36,763 nt of DNA, taken from positions 401,927 through 438,689 of the forward strand of contig WELA01002985.1 in NCBI GenBank assembly GCA_009602735.1. Reading direction: 5' to 3'. Both the position numbers and the translations under genes were made by a program. Shown here piece after piece: positions 17,001-28,226 of the stretch. Positions within the stretch are counted from its first letter, which is position 1; every line of letters starts with the position of its first letter. The notes below the pieces were generated by a model. It had not been told where the DNA came from. It worked only from the letters and a program-made list of their open reading frames with translations, and did not search any database. Origin of the DNA: Mesotaenium endlicherianum. Taxonomy: Eukaryota.

Positions 17001-20000
17001 NNNNNNNNNNNNNNNNNNNNNNNNNNNNNNNNNNNNNNNNNNNNNNNNNNNNNNNNNNNNNNNNNNNNNNNNNNNNNNNNNNNNNNNNNNNNNNNNNNNN
17101 NNNNNNNNNNNNNNNNNNNNNNNNNNNNNNNNNNNNNNNNNNNNNNNNNNNNNNNNNNNNNNNNNNNNNNNNNNNNNNNNNNNNNNNNNNNNNNNNNNNN
17201 NNNNNNNNNNNNNNNNNNNNNNNNNNNNNNNNNNNNNNNNNNNNNNNNNNNNNNNNNNNNNNNNNNNNNNNNNNNNNNNNNNNNNNNNNNNNNNNNNNNN
17301 NNNNNNNNNNNNNNNNNNNNNNNNNNNNNNNNNNNNNNNNNNNNNNNNNNNNNNNNNNNNNNNNNNNNNNNNNNNNNNNNNNNNNNNNNNNNNNNNNNNN
17401 NNNNNNNNNNNNNNNNNNNNNNNNNNNNNNNNNNNNNNNNNNNNNNNNNNNNNNNNNNNNNNNNNNNNNNNNNNNNNNNNNNNNNNNNNNNNNNNNNNNN
17501 NNNNNNNNNNNNNNNNNNNNNNNNNNNNNNNNNNNNNNNNNNNNNNNNNNNNNNNNNNNNNNNNNNNNNNNNNNNNNNNNNNNNNNNNNNNNNNNNNNNN
17601 NNNNNNNNNNNNNNNNNNNNNNNNNNNNNNNNNNNNNNNNNNNNNNNNNNNNNNNNNNNNNNNNNNNNNNNNNNNNNNNNNNNNNNNNNNNNNNNNNNNN
17701 NNNNNNNNNNNNNNNNNNNNNNNNNNNNNNNNNNNNNNNNNNNNNNNNNNNNNNNNNNNNNNNNNNNNNNNNNNNNNNNNNNNNNNNNNNNNNNNNNNNN
17801 NNNNNNNNNNNNNNNNNNNNNNNNNNNNNNNNNNNNNNNNNCCCCCAACCCCCCTTCCCTCAGTGCTACACTCATCCCTTCCTTCCCGCTGCCCTCTGGC
17901 TTGCCTCTAGTAATACTCCAACAGGCTCCTTCCCGTCACCCCCCCCCTCCGCCCCCCCCCTTTCTTTCTTTTCATCGCACACAGACCCAAGGGACTCCAA
18001 ATCAGGCAGGGAAGGAAGTGGAGAGGATGGAGAATGTCGGAAAGGGAGAGTACCTTTGTGGATGGATGCATCAGTATGATCACATGCGGGAGGGGGAGCC
18101 TTGGCCTGAATTAGGAAGGGGGAGAGCGAGGGGGAGGGAGTCAGGGAGGGGAGTGCGCAATATGCTCTCTCAGGGGCACGCCTCCTCCTTGCTCTAGGTG
18201 CTCGAGGCTGGGGCTTTCCTCTTCTCCTCCTTCCTCTTCCCGTTGCCCCCTCGCCCCCCCTTGTCAAGGGGCAAGGTCTGCGGGGTCCAGCTTTGGTGTC
18301 TTCAAATAGAGCGTGTTTCTCTCTCGTTCCAATTCCTGGTGGTATCTGGGAGCATGGTTGACGAGTGTTTGCGTGCGTGCGTCGCCCTGTGTCGTGATTG
18401 GCGCCAAGGTGGCTGCCCCCGGTCTGAGCAGGCCTGTCTCACCTCTTCCCTGTCCTCCTTCCTCTTTGCTGCCTGCCTCCCTGCCCCCCTTCCCTGCAAC
18501 TCTGGCAGGTGTCTGGTCTAGGAGACTAGCTAAGATGGGTGCTTGCGTGTATCCACGCGCACAGCATGAGTGCCTGCGTGCTTACCTATGTGGCCGTGCG
18601 TGCACGTGTCCATTGGCATGCCTAGTTGCGTGCATGCACGCTTGCTTTTGTGCGCTTCACCAGCCGCCGCGTGCGCACCTGTGCTCTGCACCTGCAGCTA
18701 TGTACGTGTGTTCACACGCTCACGCATGCGGCCAGCCCCACCCACAACTCCAACCCCAACCCCATCCCCACCCCCACCGGCACACTCACTTCCATCCCCA
18801 TGCATGTGCGAACACACGCTTGCGCAGGAGCTGAACGCGCGGGGCGAGGCGGACGCCGTGAGCTACAGCACGCTGGTGGGCGTGTTTGGCAAGCGGCACG
18901 AGCTGGCGCAGATGGAGCAGGCGCTGGCGGACGCGGTGTCGGCGCGCCTGACGCCCAGCCTGGAGGCGTACAACGCCGCCATCCACGCGTACGGGCGCGC
19001 GGGCGCCTTCTTCCAGATGGAGCAGACGCTGCTGCGCCTCAAGGCCATGGGCCACCACCCCAACCTCAACAGGTGAGGGGCCCACGCGGCCGGGCAGCAC
19101 GCGCACATGCACGCAGGCGTGCAGGCGCGCTGACACACGCATGGGCGTGCAGGCACGTGGGGGCGGGTGCATTTGGGGGGTGTCGGTGAGGCAGGTCTGG
19201 TCCCAGCTTCGGCATTTTCTTGTCCCCTCACCCCCCCCCGAGTAGCACCCCCGGGGTGTGTTCTGTCGGAGGAGGCTGCTGCGGTGCTGCTAGTGCGTGC
19301 GCATGTGTGTTCATTTTGTGTGTATGTTTGTGTGAGTGGTCGTGTGTGTCTGTTCATGTGTGTGTGTGAGCCAGTGGGTGTTGTTTTTAACAATGGCTAG
19401 ACTGGATATTAACACCAGTTGAAATGCACATGTTAACATATGAGTTGTTCCTCTTAATTCAAAAAAAGTCGACATGCACGCTCTTGATATGTTGGCAGCT
19501 TGTAAGCACCTGATTGATTGACAGCTTGACGCACTGTACTGTGTGATGTCGTGCCACCTCGTGATTGCAATGCTTGAAGCAAATTACGAAGTGGGGTACA
19601 GAAAGAGGGATACAACATATTGCTGCAATATTGGCAATAGTTATGACATTTATATAGTCTTTTTCATAGGAGCATACGGTGTTGACTGAAGGCTTATGAG
19701 AAGAACAACCCCCCTCGTGGCGGAAACTTGGCTTTTCGCAGTGTGCTTAGTTGCACCAAACTTGTGTGTGCCTTGCCCTGAGACAGGGGTAAGTGTTTGC
19801 ACAACCTGGGAAATATCTGTATGATGTATTCTTATCTTCATTTCTTCTCCCCCTTTTCCTCTTTTATCCCCCTCCTCCCTGCTTCCAGCTTCAATTCGAT
19901 CCTGAACGCATACGGGAAAGCCGGCAACTTGGGGGAGATGGAGGACACTCTGACGCGGATGGAGGAGGCGGGCCTGAAGCCTGACATGTGGACCTACAAT

Positions 20001-20546
20001 ACGCTCATAGGCGCCTATGGGGCGGTGGATATGCCGTATGCGTGTGTCAAGGTGCGGCCGGCTCCCTTTCCGTCCCCTCCTTGCTTCGACTCTATACTCG
20101 GCCTTATGTGAAGAAAGCATCTTCCTTTGTTCGCAATAACATATACCCCGTCACATCTTCTGTGCTTCATTGTGTGTGCCTCTGCGTTATCTTGTGCTTG
20201 TATATGTTTTCTTCGTGCCTGCACGCGTGCGCCCGCAATCCCGCATGCCATTATCTCTCTTGCCACGTTCTACGCAAATGTAAACTTCTCTGCGCTGGCC
20301 CGATTGTGCCCCTGACGTGCTATGTGGTGTGGTGGCGCACGCTGCTGCCGCCAGGTGGTGCGGGAGATGCAGGAGCACGGCTTCACGCCCGACAAGGTGA
20401 CGTACAAGAACCTCATCATGGCCTTCACCAATGCCGGGGACTATCTGGAGGCTGCCAGGTGGTCGCTCTGGATGCAGCAGGCGGGCTACGGCCAGGATGA
20501 CTGTAAGCTCTCGTCGTTTCACACTGCCCGACACAGGTCTCATTAG
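6338..20546 (+). CDS. P-class pentatricopeptide repeat protein, probably chloroplast-targeted, BFA2/At4g30825-like
   Basis: Phase-compatible exons: 6338-7410, 9876-10087, 11433-11635, 11954-12085, 12888-13073 (identical copy at 14067-14252), 15500-15760, 16299-16508, [an exon likely hidden in gap 16907-17841], 18828-19072, 19889-20051 and 20355-20546. Roughly 14 35-aa PPR motifs are visible, e.g. VTYNTMMNVYAVEG, SYTTLIKAYS, AYNAAIHAYGRAG, TYNTLIGAYG, PDKVTYKNLI. The N-terminus is Ser/Ala/Pro-rich and acid-poor, like a transit peptide. The C-terminal YLEAARWSLWMQQAG resembles the recalled At4g30825 tail. Extra exons around 7591-9091 and an alternative donor at 20503 are possible. Confidence 0.9.
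9127..9205 (+). repeat. Telomere-like (CTTAGGG)n array, degenerate
   Basis: Three perfect CTTAGGG units at 9127-9147, followed by CTTAGAAGGG, CTTTGAGGG and CTTAGGG variants. Confidence 0.75.
10144..10229 (+). repeat. Minisatellite, three diverged ~28-29-bp units (TTTCCTCCyCTGGAAGATG...)
   Basis: Units: tttcctcccctggaagatgagcttagccc / tttcctcctctggaagatggggtaatcct / tttccttctctggaggtggctagagccc. Confidence 0.75.
11205..11400 (+). repeat. Degenerate pentanucleotide repeat (CTGTG/CTGTC/CTCTG) upstream of the PPR acceptor at 11432
   Basis: Period-5 pattern, e.g. ctgtcctgtcctgtcctgtcctgtgctgtgtgctgtgctgtg. Confidence 0.85.
12223..14579 (+). repeat. Tandem duplication of 1178 bp (12223-13400 and 13402-14579) separated by a single N; includes one PPR exon
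   Basis: The copies are offset by 1179 bp, give identical ORF translations and show no visible differences. The junction is the N at 13401. Confidence 0.97.
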
Positions 20547-21123
20547 CAGTCTCATCTCCGCAGGGCTCACCACTTATGCTACTTTGGTCCCAAGCTTTCA
20601 CTCGAGTGCTATTTTAGGGGCTTGGAAGTGCCTACCGGGCTTATTTTAATTAGTGTTTCATACAACCTTTTGTGCAACCTGCGGTATGAAGTAATGGCAT
20701 GTAGCTGTCTTCCAAATCTCAATTTTTGCCCTTGATCCCGTAGACGTTGAAGAACCTTCGACCATCGGAGCCTGATCCCGATATCTTCCACCTTGCTTCT
20801 TGTTGTAGGGCGACTCATCTCTTTTTCTCCATGTGGTTTGCAGAAAAATCCTTCTTCTCCATGTGGTGTGCAGAAATGATCTTCCATAGTGGGGTCTCTA
20901 TCCATCTATGAGTGTGACGTTTATGGGTGAAAATGAGTAAATTCTTCGTATGCTGATTGTTGGAAACGTGCAACCTTTCTTCAATATATGTGCTCAATGA
21001 AGATAAAGAGATGGACGATTTCTCGTAAGCACAAATCAATTTATATTTTTGGGAAAAAGTATTATTGTTCCTTCGATGTGTGCCGGCACAATCATGCAAA
21101 AGCTTGCAACTAGGAAGTATTCC

Positions 21124-21125
<2 letters not shown>

Positions 21126-21165
<40 letters not shown>
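21126..21165. repeat. (GT)n microsatellite
   Basis: Seen directly. Confidence 0.95.
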
Positions 21166-21166
<1 letters not shown>

Positions 21167-22946
21167 AAAGTTGACAGCTAGGTGAGCTGATAGCACTTTT
21201 TTTGTGTTTTGCAGCTCAATGGAGTGGAGAGGAGTCATACATATCAAGTTAACTTATGTGGTTTGCATACTACGTCTCCTTACCTTGGGGCTTAGCTGTC
21301 CCATAAGTAGAGCTTTGATGTCTTTAGAGCCTCGACTTATTTCTGATAGGCGAAAGGTAATGATCATCTGGTTTCTGAGGTCCGCAACCTGTGAATGTGA
21401 CTACTTGCCCACATTCTTCAACTCCTCATGTTATTGTGTGTGTTATTTTAATGTAGTCATGATGGTGTTTGTCATAATAAGTTACAATGCACTTGGTGAA
21501 TCCCGTTGATGATAGCACAAGTAACCTCATTCAATTGATGCACACAACATTCATTTGCCTGGCTATATGATTTTGAAATTTCACATTGCTCACATTACCA
21601 AGAGCATTCCTGCCATAAGAGTTTCTAGCCTAAATATGCAGCCTAATTTATGTGGTTGCTATTATCCACTGCCGTCGCCACCACTTATGGCCCACCTATA
21701 GCATGCAAGCATGTTATGAGACTATTCTCAATGTTCACGAGTCTCAAGCTTTGTGTGTATATCTCAGCTAAACCCAGGTTATTGACAATATAAGCAATTG
21801 AGTGCTATTATGATTGACAATATCACCCGCGCTTCAACTAGTGATTCTCAATTCTCAGCGAGAAGAGGTCATGGCTAGAGGTGCAAGCACTTATACATAC
21901 ATGCAGGTCAAGTTATTTTTAGTATAGTTTTTAACTTATACTAGAAAGCCAACCCGTTGAAAAGAAGCCAGGTAAACCTTAAAATCCAAATGCATATCAT
22001 ATATGCAAGTCTTCACTCCTAGATACACGTATTGTGGGCTCAAGATGTCAACAACGTTAAGGTTCTCAGTGATGATTGATATCAATCATCATCATTAAAC
22101 ATGAAGGAAATTAGATGGTCAAGTGCCGTACGCTCTGAAAGCGACTCACTCTACTGGAGGTTTTGGAGTAAGCATTTAACTTTAACTCATTACACGACCA
22201 GAAAGTGCCTTTGTATCAGACCTTTTGTAACATAGGCATGCAGGGCGAGTGACGGCAAAGCAAGTGCCAACGTTCAACCCAGTGCGCAACAACGGAAATC
22301 AACGGAAACAGTTCTCTGGTTCAATCCACCGTGCTCCATTAGCTGTCAAAGTCAGATTCAGCCAAATTTATGCCGTCTCATCCTTTCAGATCCTATGACA
22401 TGCTATAGAACCTGTAGAAAACTATGAACCTAGCTGCATGGATGATGGAAGTCAATGCAGCTTGGACTTTTGTTGCGAAAAAGTAAAACTACGGGTCTTC
22501 CTCGCCAGGAAGTCTCCGGCCCGGCAGGAATGCGGCAGGACAGGTCCTACAGGAACCCCGAGTACCCCAATCGGCCCCATCGTGCCGAACATCTGGGTTA
22601 CGTATCTCTATCAGCTTGCCGTTGTCACTCGAGACTCGCGTAACGCGACAGCAATGACTGGACTCCGCGGAAGCATTCCTGGTCGGCAGTCGAAACCTCT
22701 CCGCGAAACACCTCCAGGCGACAGGCGTTCAAGATCACTACTTAAGCACATACCACCTTCATTCCTGCAACCAATCCATCTTCTTCGGTTTGTTTGTCTC
22801 TGCTTAAATATAGCAACGCCCCCGAGTCGACGCCTTCAGATACTACGTGCCACTAGGGGAGAAGCTATTTAGTTGTAGACGGGACTAGGTTATCCTTGGG
22901 AACATCGTACGAAGACGAGGAGCTCAGTGAAACATATAGGTGAAAC

Positions 22947-25900
22947 ATGAGTCGCACGATGTTGGTCGTCGGTTTGCTGTGCTTCTTCGCGATATACGCC
23001 TCAACCGGAAGTGCATCTGATGAAGGTGGCGAATTCTTCTTGCGAGGTGCGTCGTCTTAATTGTTAAGTGTATGGGGTGCTCGAATACATACAAAGCACG
23101 ATTATTCGCAGTAATGCGGTTTGACATGCATGTGAGTAAGAGCCTAATATGTATGTATACAAATTATCTCCATCCGCATGGGCAAGAGGTCATCGTGCAT
23201 CAGATTATAATCCAGATGTTATATATAAACAAATATTGACAGTGCACTCTAACATTGATTTGTTATGTGTTATAGGGGAAGGAGCACAGCATACAGCTGA
23301 CACTGTTGGTGGAAGACGGCATCTAGAAGAGATATCAGGGGAGAACTTTCTCCGTAGCGCCATCCTCCTTGCCAACGTAAGTACATTATCGTGTAGAAAA
23401 CTTATGGGCCTGCCTCCAAAGACACAACCTACACTATCTTCTAGATCAATAAATATAGTATGGCTTCATTGGCTTTCAATTTGCACATCTCCAGTTCTGC
23501 ATAAATGGATGCACTTGTATCGTAGTGAGATTTTTATGAAGAATTTTTTATTTCAATTTGGAAATTGCAGGCATATAGAGACACTTCGCCAGGGGCCATC
23601 ATTACACCAAAGCCAACTTATTCTTTCATCCTTAAGAAGGACGTCAAAATGACCAGGTAAGGAATCACCCTCACGATCGGCATTTTCCCTTGATAATTAT
23701 TTCATATTCCGCTTGAAGTGCACGTCATACTAGGAAAGCTTGATTCAGGCAGTGTTTTCAAGCTCAAATGCTAAGCTGCATAATTGGTGGCTCACACTTA
23801 TCTTTTCTGCACTTTTTGTATGGGTGGCTTGTGTGTGCTCGCGTCTCCTCAATCTGAAGGAGGCTGCCAATTCTGCTGCGCAACGCGGTGCTGTCGGTGA
23901 CTGGCGCTTGCACAGATGCCGTCACAAAGAAGCCCAGAAAGTATGTATCACTTTCTTGCGTTTTTCACATCTACACTTACATGTATATGAACCCCTTGGT
24001 CTTCTGATGTGCGTGCTTTTGCCGTCCTTGGCAGCTGCCAAACATCTAGGACCCATTAATATACATCTGCGACAAAAAAAAATGATTCCAATATTGTGAA
24101 GGACCAAGGACACCTTGTGGCAGGCCTTTGCGCGCAAGCATTTATGCCATGATTGGCTCATTGTCCTCGCACCTTGCCTTGTCTCCTCCAATTACCGAGC
24201 TTCGTTGCAGAAGCTTCCCAGAAGCTGGAATAACTCCTGACTTGCTATTGGTGTGCTTGTTTACAAGAATGGCTCGTCCTCCTTCAATTAGGCCCTGAGC
24301 TCCCACACCTGGCGCTGTGTGTGTGCGCAGGTGCATCATCGACGGGTCGTTGACGTACCCCGTCTTTGTGGTCGAGAACAACTACCCTGCCGGGCTGCAC
24401 CTGACCAACCTGAGGTTCCAGAATGTGAACGGGGGCGTAGTGAGCGGATACGCCCTCCTCCACGCGCGCTTCTCCGACTTCTACAACAACTTCAACTACG
24501 ACGCACCCGGTGCTGTTTTCAGGTAGGGCCTAAGCGCTGCGCCAGCTGGCAATAATTAATGTGCTTTTAGCCAAGACGAATATTTCTCTTTCTCTGGAAT
24601 ATGATGCAGGCCTTCTGTAATCTTCGGTCTGGACATGCATTGCTTTCTAAAAATCTAGCGCATCGAGCGACTAGAATTTGCACTTGCAGAAGTAGAACAT
24701 TCAATACATGTGCCAAAACACTTTGACATCAGTCATGGCTGCACCACTTGCTTCAGAAAGCACCAAATTGCATAACCATTGATGATCTGTCCCTTCTTTC
24801 TCCGGCCGGTTGCATTTGATATGATCACGTGCAGCCTCACCAAGGGCACCGTGGCCCTCTTCCCGAAGCACTACTACCCGCTGCACGTCTCCCGATGCAA
24901 CTTTGCGGACAACATCGCGCGCGGCAGCGGGGGCGCCATCCACGTCTCCGGCGACCACTCCTCCCCCACGCTGGTGCAAGTCACCAGGTCGGTGTTCAGG
25001 AACAACATCGCCCAGAGGGGCAGCGGCGGCGCCATCGACGCCGGCGGCCGCGGCTTCTACTGCAACGAGTGCATCTTCTCGGGGAATTATGCGAGTACGT
25101 ACACCCGAGCCGTGACCTGTACTTTGTGGAGGTGGTGCCTGAGTGGCTGCGTTCAGTTTTTTTGTTGTGTACGAATTTCCAGCTGGCCTCACGAGTCGCA
25201 GCATGGCCTTATGAGAGGCCAGAATCAGAGCGCACCCTATGCTCAATGGTTGCGGCTCAGCCTTCACCAGTCGTGGATGCCCGGGGTCCCGGGGCGAGAG
25301 GGGGGGTGGGGTGTGTTGTCGAAAAAGTCACCGAGCTCGCACTTGACCACGGTTCTTCTTATTAGGTCCATGTTCACTTGCCAATGGCCATCATCAGATC
25401 TTGCGTAGAGTACTATCACACAGGACATCGCCACACTGAATGCAATTCCCAGATTGACAATCGTCACTCACGCTGATATTCATCTCACAGAAAATCATCG
25501 TATGGAACGTTGTGACACCTCGTTGACGCTCTTTCCTCCTTCACCTCCAAAAAATCAACGCAGAGACCGGGGGGGGCGCGGTGAGCTACACGGGCTTTGA
25601 CAACCTCACGGTGATCAACTCCGCGTTCCTCAACAACACCTCCTTTGAGGACAAGGGCGGCGCCGTCCAGCTGGCCGTCACCGGCGCCACCGTCAAGACG
25701 AAGTCGCTCTTCTGCGGTACCACCTGGACCAGCAACCACGTCAGCACGCTGCCCAAGAAGTCGGCCGACCTCTTCATGACCAAGGGCAAGCCAGCTGTTG
25801 CGTGGACGTTTCCCACCGCCCGGGTCGACTTCTGCGGCACTTCCAGACCCCCGGCCTCAAGCCTGCTCATCAGCACCGGCGGGGAGGGAGTCTACGTCAC

Positions 25901-26271
25901 CGGCATCAGCTGCGTGTAAGTTTGCTGGCTGGGCCAAGTCAGGGGCTTGAACGTGGTTGCTCTCAGTTTGATGTTCTGGTCACCTCTGGTCTATGCTTTG
26001 CGAGGTTAGAAAGGGCCTTGCATGAGTCTTGAACTGGAGGTCAACCCCACTGGCATACACATGCTGCTACCGGACCAGCTGATCCTCAGGCAAGAATGAA
26101 GCCATTATTTCTGCTCTTGAGAGCCGGCATGTCTTGAGCTGGATATGGGCCCAGACGACCTTCCTGGCTTGCTCTCTCCTGCTCCGTGTCAAGGCTTACA
26201 GTAGAAACTCAGCCCGCCATGGCTTAATAGCAGCATCGTATCGTTTATATAAAAATCAGATGCTCATCTTC

Positions 26272-26320
<49 letters not shown>

Positions 26321-26732
26321 CGTGCAACTTTGCCAGGGGATGCACGGGATGCCCACAGGACTGCAACAACAAGGGCTCATGCAAGCTGGACAAAGACCTC
26401 ATCCCGTCGTGCGCCTGCGACTTCAACGGCGAACCCGCCACCTACTGCGCCGACTGCAAGGCGGGCTCGCTGGCGTCCAAGAAGTGCGAGGGCTGCGAGC
26501 CTGGTTACCTGCCCCAGGCGCTCCCCTTCCCCGGGGGATGCAATCCCTGCGCCGGCCTTGACAAGGTAAATTGCCCACGAGCTATGAGCCAATCCTTGTT
26601 TGATTCCTTTTACTACGTAAATTTGTTTCATAATCACGACGTGAACCGTGTCGTGTTGCTGCTGTCCATGTGTGAATTCAAAGACCACATGTACTCCGAC
26701 GGGAATGTGTGTGTGTGTGTGTGTGAGAGAGA

Positions 26733-26790
<58 letters not shown>

Positions 26791-27254
26791 NNNNNNNNNN
26801 NNNNNNNNNNNNNNNNNNNNNNNNNNNNNNNNNNNNNNNNNNNNNNNNNNNNNNNNNNNNNNNNNNNNNNNNNNNNNNNNNNNNNNNNNNNNNNNNNNNN
26901 NNNNNNNNNNNNNNNNNNNNNNNNNNNNNNNNNNNNNNNNNNNNNNNNNNNNNNNNNNNNNNNNNNNNNNNNNNNNNNNNNNNNNNNNNNNNNNNNNNNN
27001 NNNNNNNNNNNNNNNNNNNNNNNNNNNNNNNNNNNNNNNNNNNNNNNNNNNNNNNNNNNNNNNNNNNNNNNNNNNNNNNNNNNNNNNNNNNNNNNNNNNN
27101 NNNNNNNNNNNNNNNNNNNNNNNNNNNNNNNNNNNNNNNNNNNNNNNNNNNNNNNNNNNNNNNNNNNNNNNNNNNNNNNNNNNNNNNNNNNNNNNNNNNN
27201 NNNNNNNNNNNNNNNNNNNNNNNNNNNNNNNNNNNNNNNNNNNNNNNNNNNNNN

Positions 27255-27310
<56 letters not shown>

Positions 27311-28226
27311 AGAGCTGACACTGTAGGCATGCAGGTTTCCAAGCAGGCGTTCCTTGTCCTGCCTATGAGTGAGTTCAACAACAAGCTGTTTACTGACAAA
27401 TGAATGGAAGCAGCTGGAAGCAACACAGGCTTCCAAGAGCACGCGCGGCTGCAAGGCTGTAGCTGAGGTGGACGACTGTCAGAAGTTGAGCGTCAAGACT
27501 CATCGCCTTCCACATGCGTGCGCTTGTTGCCACTTGTCGTGCACTGTGCAGCTGATAGCGGACCCCTTCCTCTTGTTCAACATCCCCACGACGTGGGCCC
27601 ACTACACGACCGCCCAGTCAGCAGCTGACTGCCGCAACAAGTGCACCGCGTTCCACCGCCCGACCACCCCCACTGCCAACTACTGCAACTTCTGGGCCTA
27701 CTTTGGCAGGTACTACAAGTCGAACTTCACCTCGTGTCCTCATCAGGGGGCATCACCATGGCTCTGGTCTTTCAGCTCATAAGCTGATTTTTCATGCGGC
27801 CTCCTTTTCTTTCCACCGTGATTGCCAATTTTGGAACTGTGGGGGCACTCCGCATGTGCTTTTGCCTTTAATTTCCATTTTGGCAGAGGACCAAACACGA
27901 GCGCACGCGCAGGCGCTGCCACAGCGTTGCACTCTGGGAATGGCCTGAGCACGGAGCATTTTGACCATCTCTTTCGTTCCACTCTTAACATCTATCATCT
28001 TTGGTTGTCCTCCATGAAACATTTACTGACGCTGCCCCTGCTGTTCTTTTGTGTCCCTCTTTGCAACCAACGTAAACACAACAGTGGCGCGCAAGCCGGA
28101 TGCCCCAAATCGTGCCTGCTGGCGTACAACACCAACACATGCTTCAACCAGACCATGAACCACAATGTCGCCAGCGACCTCTTCTTCCAGTACAACGAGC
28201 CAGGGGCCGACTGCCCCATCCGCTAA
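22947..28226 (+). CDS. Secreted 566-aa protein: signal peptide, parallel beta-helix (Pmp-like GGAI/FxxN repeats), EGF/laminin-EGF-like region, PAN/apple-like C-terminus
   Basis: Ten exons, all GT-AG and all phases matching: 22947-23046, 23276-23376, 23571-23656, 23860-23940, 24331-24522, 24835-25094, 25564-25915, 26337-26565, 27552-27709 and 28085-28226. They total 1701 nt and end in TAA. The N-terminus is MSRTMLVVGLLCFFAIYASTGSA. Repeats include FADNIARGSGGAI, FRNNIAQRGSGGAI, FSGNYAKTGGGAV and FLNNTSFEDKGGAV. The Cys-rich region is CPQDCNNKGSC...CACD...CADC...CEGCEPGY, followed by SAADCRNKC...CNFWAY. A further exon in gap 26791-27254 cannot be excluded. Confidence 0.85.
26275..26317. repeat. 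(GT)n microsatellite just upstream of the acceptor at 26336
   Basis: Seen directly. Confidence 0.95.
26706..27309. repeat. Compound (GT)n(GA)n microsatellite spanning an assembly gap
   Basis: (GT)n then (GA)n on the left of gap 26791-27254, with (GA)n resuming on the right. Confidence 0.9.

Noticed and set aside
20820..20892. Two or three short direct repeats (TCTCCATGTGG..TGCAGAAA) as a CRISPR-like array
   Set aside because: A simple tandem duplication without unique spacers, in a eukaryotic context.
22438..22872. 144-aa ATG-initiated ORF upstream of the secreted-protein gene
   Set aside because: No recognisable motif or consistent codon bias. More likely promoter or 5' sequence.
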